DNA of 64,000 nucleotides from the human T2T-CHM13v2.0 reference genome, Homo sapiens (GCA_009914755.4 CP068257.2:21536001-21600000); one strand, 5' to 3'; shown: positions 1-12,555, counted from the stretch's first letter. Translations and numbers: made by a program. The notes: generated by a model from the letters alone, not told the origin.

Positions 1-2330
1 TCCTTCGTGATATAGTCTAAAATCTTTTGTTTTCCATTATTTTTTCAAATATTGCTTCTGGATCATTTCTTTCATCTCCTGTTAGGGTCCAGTTAAATAT
101 ATGTTACACCATTTACAGGTTTTGTATGTACATATTCTTCAGTCCTTTTTTGTCTGCGATTCAATAAATAATTTTATAAACCTGCCTTTCAGGTAATTAA
201 TTTTACCTTCCATTATATTTAATCTGTTATTAAACTCTTTTTTTAGTGTGTGATAGGAATACTGTTTTCACTGAAAGTTTACTATGCAATGTATTTTATT
301 TTTTTAGACGAGGAGGAATATCATAAGCAGTTGAGGGACTAGGAAGTGGGGAGATCAGGAAGTAGGTCCTCTAGAGATGAGGAGGCACTCTGCTAGATGG
401 CTTTTAAAATATTTCCTCCAGAGGAATTTGCCTCATTAACAGCATTTTTTGGTCTTAAAAATCAGTCTTTGATTTTATACAATGACAATTTCTGACTCTG
501 TTATAAAGGTATGCTGTCCTAGTTCTTCCGTAAGTTCATCACGTGTTTTCACCATGTTGTCATTAGGCATGTTTTCTGCAGTATTAACATCGTCTTCATT
601 GTTCCTATTATCATAATTACCATGATTCTTAAAAATGTCAGCTAGTTCTCCATTGGTCAATGAACGAACAACTGGAGCCTCATTATCAACATTAAAAATG
701 TCTTCAATATCAATTTCTTTCAGTTTATCGGATTCTGAAGGTATACTTTTTGTATATTTAAGGAGATAAGACATCTTTTTTTCCTCACTTATCATATAGA
801 ATCTTTCAAAGTCACCATCTTGTTCATCATCAACATTAAATTTAGTTACTGGTCAGAGGTGGTGCCAGGAATGCACAACAGTTTCTTTAGTCACTGTCTT
901 CCAAGCACTGGACACATCGTAGATGGTGTTCTTCATGCTAACTTCTTTTGAAAATTGTCCACACCTATGCCTCTATTCACTAACGCTAGCATGCTGTTCA
1001 AGAGAGCTTCTTCATATTTGCTGTTTATTAATCTAAATATATCCTAGTCACATGGCTAAATTAATATAGTCACATTTGGGTGAAATTTCATGAACATTTT
1101 TGATGAAAAGTTCAGCTGTAGAATGAGCAGAACACTTTTCAAGAAATTAAAAAAAATTACAGTGTCATCTAGTCTGGCTTCCCTGCAGAGAGCAAGGACC
1201 TTGCTACAAAATGTTTGTGAAATTAATCAGACAAGTTGTCCCTGGTGATCCATACCTTTTTATTAGCATGATAATTAGCTGATAACAACTTCACTACTTG
1301 AAAACAGTGGGGACACAGGCCTTTGTCTATCTCAAGGTTACACTTATGTTTGCCTGCTGCATTAGCACATATCAGCACAGATAGTGTGTCTTTGGCATTT
1401 TTAACTTCTGTCAGGGATATCTCACTAGCTGTAATCAGTGTCTTTCTAGAGCAATAACACCAAAACAGTGATGTTCCATCAGTATTGCAACTTTGTTCTA
1501 GTATCAGATTTTCATCAGTGATGATCTTATCAAACTCATCAATGAATTTCTTTGTTGCTTCATGATCAACAGATGCTTTATCACTATAAAATTTAAAAAA
1601 TGTAATATGTCCTTTCTTAAATTTATGTAATTAGCCTATAGAATAAATTTCCCCTCCTTTTTCAGTTTCTTGTGATAGATCTTTGCTGTTTCATGATTAG
1701 CATACCATTTGGTGGCATGTATTCACTGTGGTGCTGAAAGATCATCTCTTACAGTACACATTCAAGAGCTTTATTTTTAGTTTTATATAATGTCCTTATA
1801 ATTTTTGTTAACTTTTGTTCAACACTTTTTACATGGAACACCAACAATTTAAGCTTCTGTTTCTTCAGGTCATATATGGTGCTCCTTCCAACATCATACT
1901 TTATTGTAAAACATTTCACACTTACACCACTGACTAGTTTCTTCAACACCTTGACATTCTGTGCTCTAGATAAACATAAATGATTTCTCTTTTTATTATC
2001 ACTGGTACCCATAGGAGTGTCTGCAGGCCTTTTTGACATTTTCAACAATATTTTTGTATGAGACAACTGAAAATAAACAGAAAAATGCAGGGAGCAATGC
2101 ACGAAGGTCTTGGCCTTAAGTGGGCCATTGTGATGAAATTGCCCTTGGAGTGTCTGGCCTGCACACATGCCTTTTTAATAGACTTAGTTGGTGTACTTGT
2201 GTGCGGGAATCAGAAAAAATATATTGCAGGTCAATGGGGCTGTTAAGAGTCCTTTATCCGTTGGAGACAGTGAATCAATTGTGCACTGTTCATCTGCATT
2301 TTGACTGTGATGCATGACGTGTGCTCAGGT
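1..2330 (-). mobile_element. pogo/Tigger-family (TcMar-Tigger) DNA transposon remnant; element ends not resolved and it may continue left of the window
   Basis: The minus strand carries three transposase segments in different frames (see the pseudogene feature). No Tigger1-type terminal inverted repeat (CAGGCATA...) could be found, so the boundaries are approximate. Confidence 0.55.
475..2168 (-). pseudogene. Degenerate pogo/Tigger transposase (CENP-B-like HTH N-terminus, DDE core, acidic C-terminus), broken by frameshifts
   Basis: Minus ORF 1749..2168 contains MSKRPADTP...NKKRNHLCLSRAQNVKVLKKLVSGVSVKCFTIKYDVGRSTIYDLKKQK, which resembles the Tigger1 N-terminus (KRKSITLEQKLEIIKRLEAGES...FGVNESTIRTIKKNK). 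My own translation of the minus strand over ~1220..1620 is stop-free for about 130 codons: ...DKASVDHEATKKFIDEFDKIITDENLILEQSCNTDGTSLFWCYCSRKTLITASEISLTEVKNAKDTLSVLICANAAGKHKCNLEIDKGLCPHCFQVVKLLSANYHANKKVWITRDNLSD. This matches the Tigger DDE region NADETGLFW...PSKTL...KDRLTLLLCANAAGDFKLKP...NNKAWMT. Minus ORF 475..795 is acidic and C-terminal-like. The segments sit in different frames, so this is a pseudogene. Confidence 0.8.
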
Positions 2331-3838
2331 GTGAAATTTTCCACATTCAGCATCATATCGGTGCTCAACATTTTTAAAATTTTGTAATATTTTGGATTTC
2401 AGATTTTTCAGATTAGGCATGGGCAACCTATACTCTTTTTCAGTTTACAGAATAAACAGAATCAATTTTTTTAAATATAAAATCTGAACACAGTTAACAA
2501 TATTGATCTGGCATATTTAGAACAACGTGCACAACACAACAATAATTAACAACTTGTTTAAATGCTTATAAGAAATTTACCAAACCTACCCCATGTTGGG
2601 CAATAAAGATAATATCAATAAATTTTGAAGACGAAAATTATTGTTTGTTTTGTGACCACAGTAAATTTACTTCAGAAATTGAGAGGCAGATATCCAGACA
2701 ATTCCCAACAATAATAATAAGCATTGCCTTACAAATAACCCAATGTCAAAGAAAACACCAAAATGGAAGCAATAAAATAATTCTAACTTATCCATAATAA
2801 AGATTCAACACATCAAATGTTTTAAAATGCAGAAAATTTAGTAAGAAATTTGTAACCTTAGAGGTATGGATTAGAAAAGAAAACGAATATCTAAAATTTA
2901 GTGATTTAATACTTTCTTTCAAGAAATTAAATGTAATAGCACAAATTAAACTTACATAAAGTAAAATAAGATAAATTATACACAAAAACAAAAATTAATA
3001 ACATACAATAAAACATTAAGAAAGAAAAAATCAAAAAAGCCATATGCTAGATGTTCAGTTTTAACAATAAAAAATACGTATTAAAACTCTAGGGGAAAAT
3101 GTCCAAGGTTAAAAAGACAACCACAATGACCAATATTAGGAATAAAAATGGGATATCACTGCAGCTATCATAAAAAGTTAAGAAACGCATCTAGTGTTTT
3201 CTGCCTCCAGTTGCTGTCAAAGAGCTTCTAACACCTTTGTAATTTTCTAAACTCGAAGGCTGCTAGGAGAATACTTTGTTCTAATATTTGGTCTTTGACC
3301 CCAGTTCTAGACACAGAGCTACTGAATCCCTTGGAATTTTGGGGGATGATAGAAATATCTTTTGTTCTAATAACGCAATTCTTGTTGGGCTCCTATAGTG
3401 GGCTGTTCATTAGAAAGACCAAGGTATAATTATAAGATTAAAGAGTTCAGCCCCGTCCCACTTTGCTAGAGAAAGGAGAGATGCTAGACATGGAGATAAT
3501 AATCAATCGTGCCTATATGATGAAGTCTCCATAAAAGTCCCTGAACTATGGGATTCAGAGAGCTTCCAGGTTGATGAACGCACTTAAATTCTGGGAGGGT
3601 AGTGCACACAAATTCCATTGGTCTCACCACAAAAACTCCTGTGCTGAGACCCTTCCAGACATTGCCCTATATATCTCTTCATGTGGATGTTCACCTGTAT
3701 TCTCATTATATCTGTTATTAATAAATTGCCAAACATAAGTACGGTGTTTCCCTGAGTTCTCTAAGCAATGCCACCAGATTAATGGAACCCAAGAAGGGGG
3801 TTAAGAAAACCCTGATTTGTAGCCAGTTGGTCATAAGT

Positions 3839-4181
3839 ACAGTCATGTGCTATATAATGATTTAGTCAGCAAGAGAACACATATACGATGATGGTCCCAT
3901 AAGATTATAATGTATTTTTACTACACCTTTTATATATTTAGATACATTTAGAAACACAAGTTCTTACCATTGTGTTTCAATTGCCTACAGTATTGAGTAT
4001 AGTAATATGCTATGCAGGTTTGTGGTCTAGGAGCAATAGGCTATACTATATGGCCTGGATGTTTAGTAGGCTATACCATCTAGATTAATGTAAGTATAGC
4101 ACACTCTATAATGGTCATCAAATGACAAGATCACCTAAGGAAAAATTTGTCAGAATGTATCTCTATTGTTTAGCAACACAT
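3839..4181. mobile_element. Non-autonomous Tigger-family MITE (~340 bp, CAGTCATG termini; Tigger3/4- or MER-type)
   Basis: It starts cagtcatgtgctatataatgatttagtcagc...ggtcccataagattataatgtatttttactac and ends ...tgtcagaatgtatctctattgtttagcaacacatgactac. Both ends and the internal motifs (ggctatactatatggcctgg, ctaggagcaatagg) match my recollection of the CAGTCATGCGTCGCTTAACGACGG...CATGACTG consensus. A TA dinucleotide precedes the left end. Confidence 0.55.
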
Positions 4182-4949
4182 GACTACATAGGTGACAACC
4201 TATTGCAATGAGTATTTGAAGTGGAGGGCAGTCTTTTGGGAGTGGGCCCTTAACGAATATGATCTGATGCTATCTCCAGTAGGTAGTGTGAGAATTGAAT
4301 TGAATTACAGGACACCCAGCTGGTGTCTTCTGCAGAATGATTGGTGTGTGAGAAAGTACCCCCAAACATCTGGTGTTAGAATTGTGGTGAGGAGAGGTGT
4401 GAAAGTGGAAAAACCACTTGTTTTCTCCTATTATAGGCACTAGATAAAAAAGTAACCAAAATCTATTCTTTAAGAGCTTTTACCAATATGTGATCAGATG
4501 AAACTTATGAATTTCATTTTGAAAACTCAATAGAGAGGGAAGCAGAGCAAGATGGCCAAATAGAACCCTCCAGCAATCATCGCCCCTACTCTTCAGGAAC
4601 ACTAAACTGAACAACTATCCACACAAGAAACCACCTACATAAGAAACAAAATCAGGTAATAATAGTACCTGGTTTTAACATCATTATCAAAGAAAGAGGT
4701 ACTGAAGAGAGTAGAAAACACAGTCTTGAATTATCAACACTACCCCTCCCCTATCTCAAGCAGCCACATGGTACAGAGAAAGAACTTTTGTGCTTGGGGG
4801 AGGGAGAACACAGGGATTGTAATGTTACATGGGTACTCAATGCTGCCTAACATTGCAGAAAGCAACACAGGGCAGAATTCAGCCAGCACCTATGAAGGGA
4901 GCGTTGACCAGTGGGGAACTGTCTATCACAGTGGGAAGAACCTGAGTTC

Positions 4950-6200
4950 TAGCAAGCCCCTAAACCACCGAATGAAGCACTCTGGGCACCTAAATAAACT
5001 TGAAAGTCAGTCTAGGCCACAAGGACTGCAATTCCTGGACAAGTCCTGGTGCTGCGCTGGGCTTGGAGCCAGTGGACTTGGGGTACACACGACCTAGTGA
5101 GACACCAGCTGGGGTGGCCTCGGGAATGGTTTATTCCCTCACCCAATCCCTGACAGCAGAGCTCCAAGCTCTGGGACAGACTCTTTCCTTTTACTTGAAG
5201 AGAGGAGATGGAAGAGTAAAGAAGACTTTGTCTTGAAAGTTGGATACCAGCTCAGTCAGAATATAGTAAGACACCAGGCAAAATCCTGAGGGCCCCTTCC
5301 TAGGCCCTTGCTCCAGGACAACATTTCTAGACCCACCCTGGGCTGGAAGGGAAATCAGTTCACTAAAGAAAAGGACGCAGTTCTGGCAGGATTCATCACC
5401 TTCTGTCTAAAAAGCCCTTGGGTCCTGAATAAACATTAGCAATAACCAGGCAGAACTCTACGCAGGCTGAGGGAGAGACCAAGGGCTATGCTGACATCAT
5501 GTGTGACCCAGCACATTCCCAGTTGTGGTGTCCATGGGAAGAGTCTCCTTCTACCTGAGGAAAGGAAAGAGAAGCGTAAAGGGGACTTTGTCTTGCAGCT
5601 TGAGTACCAGCTCAGCTACGGTGGAGTTGGGCACCAAGCAGATTCCTGGGGTCCCTGATTCCAGGCCTTGGCTCCTGGATGGCATGTCTGGACTCACCTT
5701 GAGACAGCGAGGAGCCCACTTTCCTGAAGTGAAGAGACCCAAGCATGGCAGCATTTACCACAGACAGACTGCAGAGTCCTCATTCTTTGAGTGAACATTA
5801 GTGGTAGCCTGGCAGTATTCTCTGTGGGCCTGGAGTAGTGGTGGCCACAAGAATAGATTCCTCTGCTTGAGAAAAGAACAGAGAAAAGTGGGAAGGTCTT
5901 TGTCTTACAGCTTGGGTGTTAGCTCAGTCATAGTATAATGGAGCACCAGGAAGATTCCTGAGGTTCCCAGTTCCAGGTAGTGCCTCCTGGACAGCATGTC
6001 TTGTCTCACCCTGGGCCAGGGAGGAGCTTGCCACCCTGAAGGGAAGGAAAAAAACTTACTGGACTCAATATCTGATGACTGAAGCACTCTTAGGCCTTGA
6101 ATGAACATTGTTAGTAGGCAGACAATTGTTGCCATGGGCCCAGTGCTATGCTGGTTTCAGGTCTCACCCAGAAGTCCCAGTGATGATGCCCAAAAGGGCG
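4950..6200 (+). repeat. Tandem ~300-360-bp repeats (about 3.5 copies) inside the L1 5'UTR
   Basis: The anchor gactttgtcttg recurs at about 5224, 5584 and 5887, with flanking ...ccagctcagtca.../...ccagctcagcta.../...tagctcagtca... and recurring 'gaataaacattagc / gagtgaacattagtgg / gaatgaacattgttag' tails. This is typical of older L1 5'UTRs. Confidence 0.6.
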
Positions 6201-9200
6201 TTTGTGTCACCTGTCCATCAGCTATGGGCAGCTCAACATGGAGAACTATAGGTGCTCTGATTTTCTGGGGGAAAGTAAGGAAGACAAAGTATCTCTGCCT
6301 CATAATACAGGGAATTATCTCAGATTTTTCCAAAGACAACCAAGGCAGTACCTCTGAGTTTGTAAGATATAGCATTGCTGGGCTTGTGCGAGCAACTATT
6401 TCTGAAGTGACAAAAGACTCAAGTCCTTTTGAACACTTGGAAAGCCTTCCCAGGAAAGATGGGTACAAACAAGCCCAGACTGTGAAGATTACAATAAATA
6501 CTTGACTCTTCAAGTCTCAGACACTGATAAATATACACAATCACTAAAACCATCCAGGAAAACATGACCTCAAAAATCAAAGTAAATAAGGCACCAGTCA
6601 CCATTCACAGAGTGACAGTGATATGTGAACTTTCAGACAGAGAATTCAAAAGGGCTGTTTTGAGGAAGCTCAATGAAATTCTAGACAACAGAGAAGGAAT
6701 TCAGATTCCTATCCAATACATTTAATGAGATTGAAATGATTTTTAAAAATCAAAAGAAATTCAGGATCTGAAAAATACAAAGGACATAATGAAGCATGCA
6801 GCACAGTCTCACAAAAGAAAAACTGATCAATCAGAAGAACGAATAAATGAACTTGACCATAAACTGTTTGGAAATACACAGCCAGAAGGTACGAAAAATA
6901 GAAAAAAAATGAAGATAACGTACAAGACATAGAAAATAGTCTCAAATAGCACATCTAAGAGTGACTGGCCTTAAAGTGGAGGCAAAGAGAGAGAGATAGG
7001 TGTAGGAATTTCGTTCAAAGGGATAATAACAGAGAACTTCCCAAATCTAGAGAAAGATATCAATATTCAAGTACAAGAAGGTTATAGAATACCAAGCAGA
7101 TTTAACCTAAATAAGATGTCCTCAAGATATTTAATAATCAAACCCCCAAAGTTCAAGGATAAAAAAAAAAGCATCAAGACAAAACAAATAATATACAAAG
7201 GCACTCCAATATGTCTGGCAGAAGACTTAGTGGAAACCTTACAGGCCAGGAGAGTGGCAATGCATACTTACAGTGTTGAAGGAAAAATGCTTTTATCCCA
7301 GAATAGTGTGTAACCAGTAAAAATATCCCTCAAACATGAAGGAGAAATAAAGACTTTTCCAGACAAACAAAATCTAAGGAATTTGATCAGCATCAGATCT
7401 TTCCTACAAAAAATGGTTAAGGAAGTTATTCAGTCTGATAGAAGGATTGTTAATGTGAAATACAAAATCATCTGAAGGCAGAAAGCTCACTGGTAATAGT
7501 AAGCACAGAGACAAACAGAATATTGTAACAGTGTAATTGTGCTGTGTAAATGACTTATATTTTGAGTAGAAAGACTAAAAGATGAACCTATCAAAAATAG
7601 TAACCATAACAACTTTTCCAGACATAGTATAAAATCTACACATGGAAACAAAAAGTTAAAAAATGAAGCCAATGAAGTTAAACTATAGAGTTTGTGTTGG
7701 TTATCTCTTTACTTGTCTGGTTGTTTGTTTGTTTCTGCAGTGTTAAATTGACATCAGTTTAAAATGATGGGTTATATTATTTGCAAGCCTCGTGGCCACC
7801 TCAAATCAAGAAACAACAGATATGTAAAAGATAAACAGCAATGCATTAAGTAATACCACTAGAGAAAATCAATTTTACTAAAAGGAAGAAAGAAAAGAAG
7901 GAAAATAAGACCAAAAACCAACCAGAAAGCAGAGAATAAAATGGCAGAACTAACTTCTTACTTACCAACATTGAATGGAAATTAATAAAACCCTCCAATC
8001 GAAAGATATAGAGTGGCTGAATGGATTTTTTAAAAAGGACCCAAAGATCTGTTGCCTGCAAGAAACACACTTTACCTATAAATATACACATGGATTGAAA
8101 ATAGGGACATAGAAAAATATATTCCATGCAAATGGACACCAAAAGAGAGCATGAGTACCTACAATTACATCAAGTAAAATAAATATCAAATCAAAAACTC
8201 CATGAAGAGATAAAGAAGGTAGTTTTAATGGCAAAGGGTCAATTCAGCAAGAGAATGCAACAATTATAAATATATGCACCCAACAGTGGAGCAGCTAGAT
8301 ATATAAAACAAATATTATTAGTACTAAAAAGAGCGATAGACCTCAAAAAGAATAATAGCTGGAGATTTCAACACCCCACTTTTGGCATCGGACAGATCAT
8401 CCAGACAGAAAGTCAACTAAGAAACATCAGATTTAATTTGCACTATAAACCAATTGAATATTTATTGATATTTAAAGAACATTTTGTCTAACAGATAAAG
8501 AATACAAATTCTTCTCCTCAGCACATGGACCATTCTCAATAATAGGTAATATATTGGGCCCCAAAATAAGTCTTAAATAGTCAAAAAAATGAGATCCTAT
8601 CAAGTATTTTTTTTCTGACCCCAATGAAATAGAAGAAGAAATCAGTAACAAGAAATTTTGGAAACTTTAAAAACACATGGATATTTTTATAAACAATATG
8701 TCCCTTAATGAGAAGTGGGTCACTGAAGAAATTAAGAAAGGAATTAATCAGTTTTTTTAAAAAAACAAATGAAAATGGAAACACAACATACCAAAACCTA
8801 TGAGATAGAGCTAAAGAAGTACTAAAAATATAACAGTAAACAACTACATCAAAAATGTAGAAAACCTACAAATACACAACCTAATAATACATCTTACGGA
8901 ATAAAAAAAGAGCAAACCAAAGCTAAATTTAATAGAAGAAAATAAATAATAAATATCAGAGCTGAAATAAATGAAATTAAAAATTTTAAAAATACAAAAC
9001 ATCGACAAAATAAAAGTTGATTTGTTGAAAAGAAACAAAATCAACAAATTTTTAGCCAGATTTACTAAGATATAAAAGAGAGAATAACCAAATAAATAAA
9101 ACCAGAGATCAAAAAAAGAGATTTTACAATTGATAGTGCAGAAATTCAAAGTAAAAATAAAGTAGTTGCTTAAGTATCATTAATCGTCTGAAATTGTCAT

Positions 9201-9448
9201 TTGCCACAACATGGATAGAACTGGAGGACATTATGTTAAGTGAGATAAACTAGGCACAGAAAGTCAAACATCACATGTTCTCACTTGTTACAGCTAAAAA
9301 TTAAAACAATTAAACTCTTGGAGATGGAGGAGAATGATGGTCACCAGTGGCTGGAAGTGGTAGAGGGGGAGGATTGGAAATGGATAGTAAACACAAAAAT
9401 ATAGTGAGATAGAATCAGTACGATCTAATATTTAATGGCACAACAGGG

Positions 9449-9531
9449 TCGTTCCGATTATTATCCTTTAGTTATAACTAACTTTTTAAAACCATTTTAG
9501 TTAAAATAACTAAAGGATTATAACTGGAATG
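9449..9531. repeat. Inverted duplication (hairpin-capable) inside the L1 3' end
   Basis: The left arm tcgttccgattattatcctttagttataactaac (9449-9482) is the reverse complement of the right arm agttaaaataactaaaggattataactggaatga (9499-9532) at about 80% identity, with a perfect core atcctttagttat/ataactaaaggat. It replaces the expected L1 3'-end segment (...gtgactatagttaataataatttattgtacattt...). Confidence 0.6.
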
Positions 9532-10947
9532 ATTATAACACAAAGAAAGCATTAATGTTTGAGGTGATGGATACCCCATTACACTGATGTACTTATTACA
9601 CATTATATGTCTTTATCAAAATATTTCCTGTACTCCATAAATATATACACCTACTATGTACTCATCAAAATTTTTAAAAACTCACTATATATGACAATAT
9701 TAGAAATAGTAAAATTACTATTAACATACAAATCCTTTATTATAAACCTCCCATATAGAAAAGCAGAGATAGCTTCACTTCTAAATTATTTCAAGTTCTT
9801 TTAAGGTGCAAATAACACTAATTTTTCACCATATTTTCTAGAAATTTGATAAACAGGTAAGACTTTCTAACACCTTTTATGATTTATTAATAAAATATTA
9901 TAAACATTGAAATACCATTCTTAAATAAAATGTTAGCTAAATTAATTTTAAAAATATATAAAAATAATGATAGGTCACAGGCAGTGGATTTATTCTAGCA
10001 ATAGAAGGATGACTTAATATTAGAAACCACATCAGTATCAGTGCAACTCATCATATCCATATGAAAAAGTTATTTAGTAAAATCTAAGCACACATTTCTG
10101 ATTTAAAAACAACACTAATCAAAATCAATCTTTTAATAAGCTCATAAAATTTATTTTAAATAAACTCAATTTGATATATGGTATGTCAGTATAAACTACA
10201 GACAATTCCACTGTTATTATACATCCAAAGTGTCCATACTGAGATTAGGTTAAAAAACCCAATGCCACCTTTGACTTCTATTTACTAGTTTACTGGAGTT
10301 CCTAAAAAAAGAGAAAGAAATAAAAAGCAACATTTTCAGCACTGAAATACAATTTACTTTGTACATTGTACATACATATATGTTTTTTTCAGATGAAAGA
10401 TTGTAAATATAGGAAAACCAATATAAAAGCACTAGAAAATCAGGAAGTGAATCAGGTGAGTTTGCTGGATATAAAAACTTAATATAAAATTCAGTTGTAT
10501 TCTGTACACAGCAATAAATAAAAAGTAATAAAAAAGTTTTGAAACCTCCAAAATGACACAAGATGAAGATACTGCCTTACCTGTGTCACATCACAAGAAA
10601 TAAAGACATCACACACCATAGATTTTGGTAAAATTAATTCAGAAAATACTTTTAATAAACTCCTAATTTCAAATAGGATTTTACATGAAAATATATGACT
10701 CATGGGACTCAAAAACTCGACAGTTTGCAAGTGTGTATAGGCTTTTGTTCTCAGACCTCCACTAGGCCTTCCTGAAAGCTTGGATTCAGAGTAATAGACT
10801 AGAGAAAGTCTTCCTTAGTGGTTCATACCTATAGGAGAAGAGAAATTCTGCTAGAATTCTCTTCCCCAATAGAAAAAAATATATATTAATCACCTCGGAG
10901 TCACAGGATTCATAAATGAACATGTCACTTCAGTCATTTTTGTAACT

Positions 10948-11328
10948 CATTATAGCATAACATTTGCCCAAATGTCATGTTGAATTATTACCTCAAATGT
11001 TGGAGGAGGGTCCTGATAGGAGGTGATTAGATCATGGGGGTGGATTTCCCCCTTGCTGTTCTTGTGTCAGTGAGTTCTCAAGAGCTCTGGTGTTTAAAAG
11101 TGTGTAGCACCTCCCTGCTGTCTCTCTTCCTTCTGCTCCAGCCACGTAAGAGGTGCCTGCTTCCCCTTTGCCTTCCACCATGATTGAAAGTTTCCTGAGG
11201 CCTTCCCAGAAGCCGTCATGCTTCCTGTACAGCCTATTGAACCCTAAGTCAATTAAATGTCTTTTCTTTATAAATTACCCAGTCTCAGGTATTTCTTTAT
11301 AGCAGTGAGAGAAATGGACAAATACACC
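10948..11328 (+). mobile_element. Solo ERVL-MaLR LTR (THE1/MST-like)
   Basis: ...gttggaggagggtcctgataggaggtgattagatcatgggggtggatttcccccttgctgttc...gccttccaccatgattgaaagtttcctgaggcc...aattaaatgtcttttctttataaattacccagtctcaggtatttctttatagcagtgagagaaatggacaaatac matches the THE1/MST LTR consensus throughout. Confidence 0.7.
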
Positions 11329-12453
11329 ACTATTAAAACTAGGTATTATTATTGATCCATACCTCACACCTAAATTTTTCAGTTCCAATATTAGATTATA
11401 ACTAATTGTCAGTACATTAATTAAATTTAAGGGTTGTCTGAATCACCTTGAAGAGAGGCTTTAGTTATGTGTTTATGAGTTGAATGACATCTTTCAAAAA
11501 ATAATAATATTGTCTTCATAAATAGTTACTTAAGCATCATTAATCTTCTGAAATCGTTAGGAATAATGATGGAAGACTACAATTTGCTTCTTAATACTGT
11601 TATGTGGAGTTCAAATTAAGTCATAAATCAAGGAATTTCTAATTTGCTCCAGTATTCCAAAGCTCACTTAAACAAATTGTTTTACATACACTCTCTAACA
11701 TGAAAAATCCCTTAATTTTGTCTTACTATTTACTAGATTTTACTCTAAGAATCCAGTTGATTAGTTCAGTAATTAGCCTAGGATCATTGTATAAAACTAG
11801 TCCTACAAGTTTCATGTTTAAAAACCTGTTTATTGAATGTTAACACATTCCATAAGAATAATATCCACTTTTAAAAGATATCTGAATTAAGTTGCATGTT
11901 TTCATAGCTTTTATTATATGGACATTTATTAGCCCACAGCACCCTCAAAAGATCTGAACTTCGAAATCTATGCAGACATTTTCACTCTTTCGTGCATAAG
12001 GATAAAGTCACACTGTCCTCATTTGGCCACATGTAGTCACTTTTTGAGGGACAATGTGTGGGGGTTGATTTCTACAAAGCAAAATGTAAACATATAATGA
12101 AATACATATAAGCCAGATGATGAACAAAACTTCTTACAAATGATAAACAAACAAATGTTTGTTGTAATTCATTTTTTCCCTCAATGACAATTCATTTTCT
12201 TTGTTTGCTTGTCGGATTTTTCTGATTCACTTGAACAGCAAGTACTCTCATTTAGAATAATTTTCTCAACATACATATAAACCAATATTTTAATATATAT
12301 TAACTTAAAAATAGTGTTCTGTTCATGAACACCATACTATATCTGAAGGCTTTTTAATCAGTGCATTTTAAAATTGTGTTGCCATTCTATCCAGTAGGGG
12401 ACGTGTCTGTAAAAATTTGTTACCAACATTAGGTGCCATGGGCTACCCCTTTA

Positions 12454-12555
12454 GCCTCAGCAACTCAGAAGGCTGAGGTGGGGGGGCTACTTGGGGCCAC
12501 GAGTTTGAGACTAGCCTGGGCAACATAAAAAGATTCTTAATTTTTCTAAAAAAAT
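12454..12555 (+). mobile_element. Alu-monomer fragment (FLAM-like)
   Basis: gcctcagcaactcagaaggctgaggtggggggctacttggggccacgagtttgagactagcctgggcaacataaaaag matches the Alu left monomer ...ggaggctgaggtgggaggatcacttgagcccaggagttcgagaccagcctgggcaacatag. Confidence 0.5.

Larger units (their letters stand above)
4537..9680 (+). mobile_element. L1 (older primate subfamily, L1PB or old L1PA-like) with intact 5' and 3' termini, a ~15-bp TSD and an internal ~2.4-kb ORF2 deletion
   Basis: The 5' end gggaagcagagcaagatggccaaatagaaccctccagc matches the L1 5' start. ORF1-like and inter-ORF sequence runs about 6500..7900. The ORF2 N-terminus sits at 7930..9150 (atggcagaactaac..., ccatgcaaatggacaccaaaagagagc, agatttcaacaccccacttt). 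The 3' end runs 9200..9680 (acatggatagaactggaggacattatgttaagtgagataa...cctactatgtactcatcaaaatttttaaaaa). The flanks gaaaactcaatagag (4521-4535) and aaaaactcactatat (9676-9690) form a TSD. The region has many stops and no long ORF. Confidence 0.8.

Noticed and set aside
1749-2168. 139-aa minus-strand ORF, and separately the 106-aa ORF at 475..795, as novel proteins
   Set aside because: They are respectively the N-terminal HTH part and the acidic C-terminal part of a frameshifted pogo/Tigger transposase. They lie in different frames, so this is a transposon pseudogene.
2470-3230. A-rich stretch that might be an old LINE fragment
   Set aside because: I could not align it convincingly to the L1 or L2 consensus from memory, so I left it unannotated rather than guess.
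4726-6513. Several 80-134-aa ORFs on both strands
   Set aside because: They lie within the GC-richer tandem-repeat 5'UTR of the L1. Overlapping ORFs on both strands in a repeated non-coding UTR are spurious.
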